A stretch of DNA of 64,000 bases from Negaprion brevirostris. Its lineage: Eukaryota. The notes below the pieces were generated by a model. That model did no database searches, was not told the origin of the DNA, and saw only the letters and a program-made list of their open reading frames with translations. Position numbers and translations under genes: made by a program. The DNA lies in the NCBI GenBank assembly GCA_030324005.1, contig JARDVH010000001.1, positions 123,262,584 to 123,326,583 on the forward strand. The letters run 5' to 3'. How positions within the stretch are numbered: the first letter of the stretch is position 1; every line of letters begins with the position of its first letter. Positions 62,730 through 64,000 of this stretch are shown piece by piece.

Positions 62730-63965
62730 GAAATTGGAATAGGATTTGACCATATGGCCCTCACACCTACTCTTGCTATTTAATATGATCACAGCTGCTC
62801 ATCTGCTGCAACTCCACTTTCCTACCTTTTTCTTATATTCTTCGAACATCAGAGATCAAAAATGTATCTATCCCAGTCTTAACAACAATGGAGCATCCAC
62901 AACTCTGTGCGGTACAGAATTCTAAAGATTCACAATCGTCCGAGTGAAGAAATTTCTCCTCACCACAGTCTTAAACGATCAACCCATTATTCTGAGACTG
63001 CGCTGCTTTGTTTTAGATTCCTTAGCCAGGGGAAAGAATCTCTTTCTGGTTACCCTGTTAAGTCCATTCAGAATTGGCATACTTCAATAAGATCAGATTT
63101 CATTCTTCTAAACTCCAGAGAATATAGGCCTGATTTAATCAATCTAATCATTGGACAACCCTCTCATTCCAGGACTCAGGAATCTAATGAACTATTGCTG
63201 ATTCTCCTCCAAGGCAAATATATCCTTCCTTAGATATGGACATCAGAATCACATATGGTACTCCAGATGTGGGCTCTTGTACTCAAGACACCTTGCAACA
63301 TGCCTTTCCTAATTTCTTGTTGTAGCTGCATTCTAACTTTCTGTGCTCCTTGTTCACAAGTTTCTCTGACATGTTTCATTATATTTAAAAAGTTATCTGC
63401 ATTTTAATTTGCATTATCAAAGTGAACAACCTTAAAATTTCCCCAACATTATACTGCCATCTGCCACCACATGTCCTACATAACTAACTTGCCCATATCT
63501 CTTCACAGCCTTGGTGTTCTCCTCAAATCTTACATTACTGGTTAGCTTTGTATCATCAGCAAACATGGCTACATTACTCTCAGTCTGTAAGTCATTAACA
63601 TAGAATGTAAACAGCTAAAGATCTAGCATTCAACTAGTTACAGCCTAACAAGTTGAAAATGCCCCACTTATTGCTACTCGCTGTTTTTATGCCCAAGAAA
63701 CAATCCTTCATCCATGCTAAATATTACCAACCTCATCTTAGGCATTAAACTTTTACAGGCATCTTACCAAATGTACTTTGGAAATCCAAATATCCTATAC
63801 CCACTGGCTTCCTTTTGTATGCCCTACAAGATTAAAACCTCAAAAATCTCTAATAAATGTCAAATTTCCCTTGTGAAACATGTCAACTCTGTCTGATCAG
63901 ACATTTTCTGAGGTGCATCATTAAGATTGCCTTAATAATAGATTCCAGCATTTTCCTGATTGCTC
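62730..63965 (-). mobile_element. Old CR1 LINE 3' portion
   Basis: Reverse CR1 motifs: gagtgaagaaatttctcctc, ttcttctaaactccagagaata and tgtatcatcagcaaac (FADD). Confidence 0.75.
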
Positions 63966-64000
63966 CCTGTTTTGTCTCTGATTTCTTGAGCAGCGGTTGG

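Noticed and set aside
1-64000. Prokaryotic systems (CRISPR arrays, operons, rRNA)
   Set aside because: The sequence is intron-rich vertebrate DNA, and I saw no repeat-spacer arrays or rRNA-like segments.

Overview
Eukaryotic genomic DNA, most likely from a shark or ray, judged by HE1/V-SINE-type, Deu-domain SINE and CR1 repeats. The assembly is gapped, with many N runs. The window lies inside one minus-strand gene, FHIP1A (FAM160A1). Eight coding exons can be traced from 61384 down to 3295, with GT-AG boundaries and consistent phases; the first and last coding exons appear to lie outside the window. Introns are filled with decayed retroelements (CR1, L2, Rex1/Babar-like LINEs, several tRNA-derived SINE families, a probable solo LTR, Penelope-type termini) and non-autonomous DNA transposons. 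The most unusual signal is an isolated, intact, phase 0-0 exon on the plus strand (19120-19296). Its peptide matches my recollection of the PRDM10 C-terminal Q-rich region. It sits antisense in an 18-kb FHIP1A intron, and I found no other PRDM10 exon in the window. Secondary signals are palindromic Penelope-type elements with hammerhead-ribozyme core boxes and nested or inverted SINE arrangements. Gene and repeat names are from memory, not database searches, and repeat boundaries are approximate.
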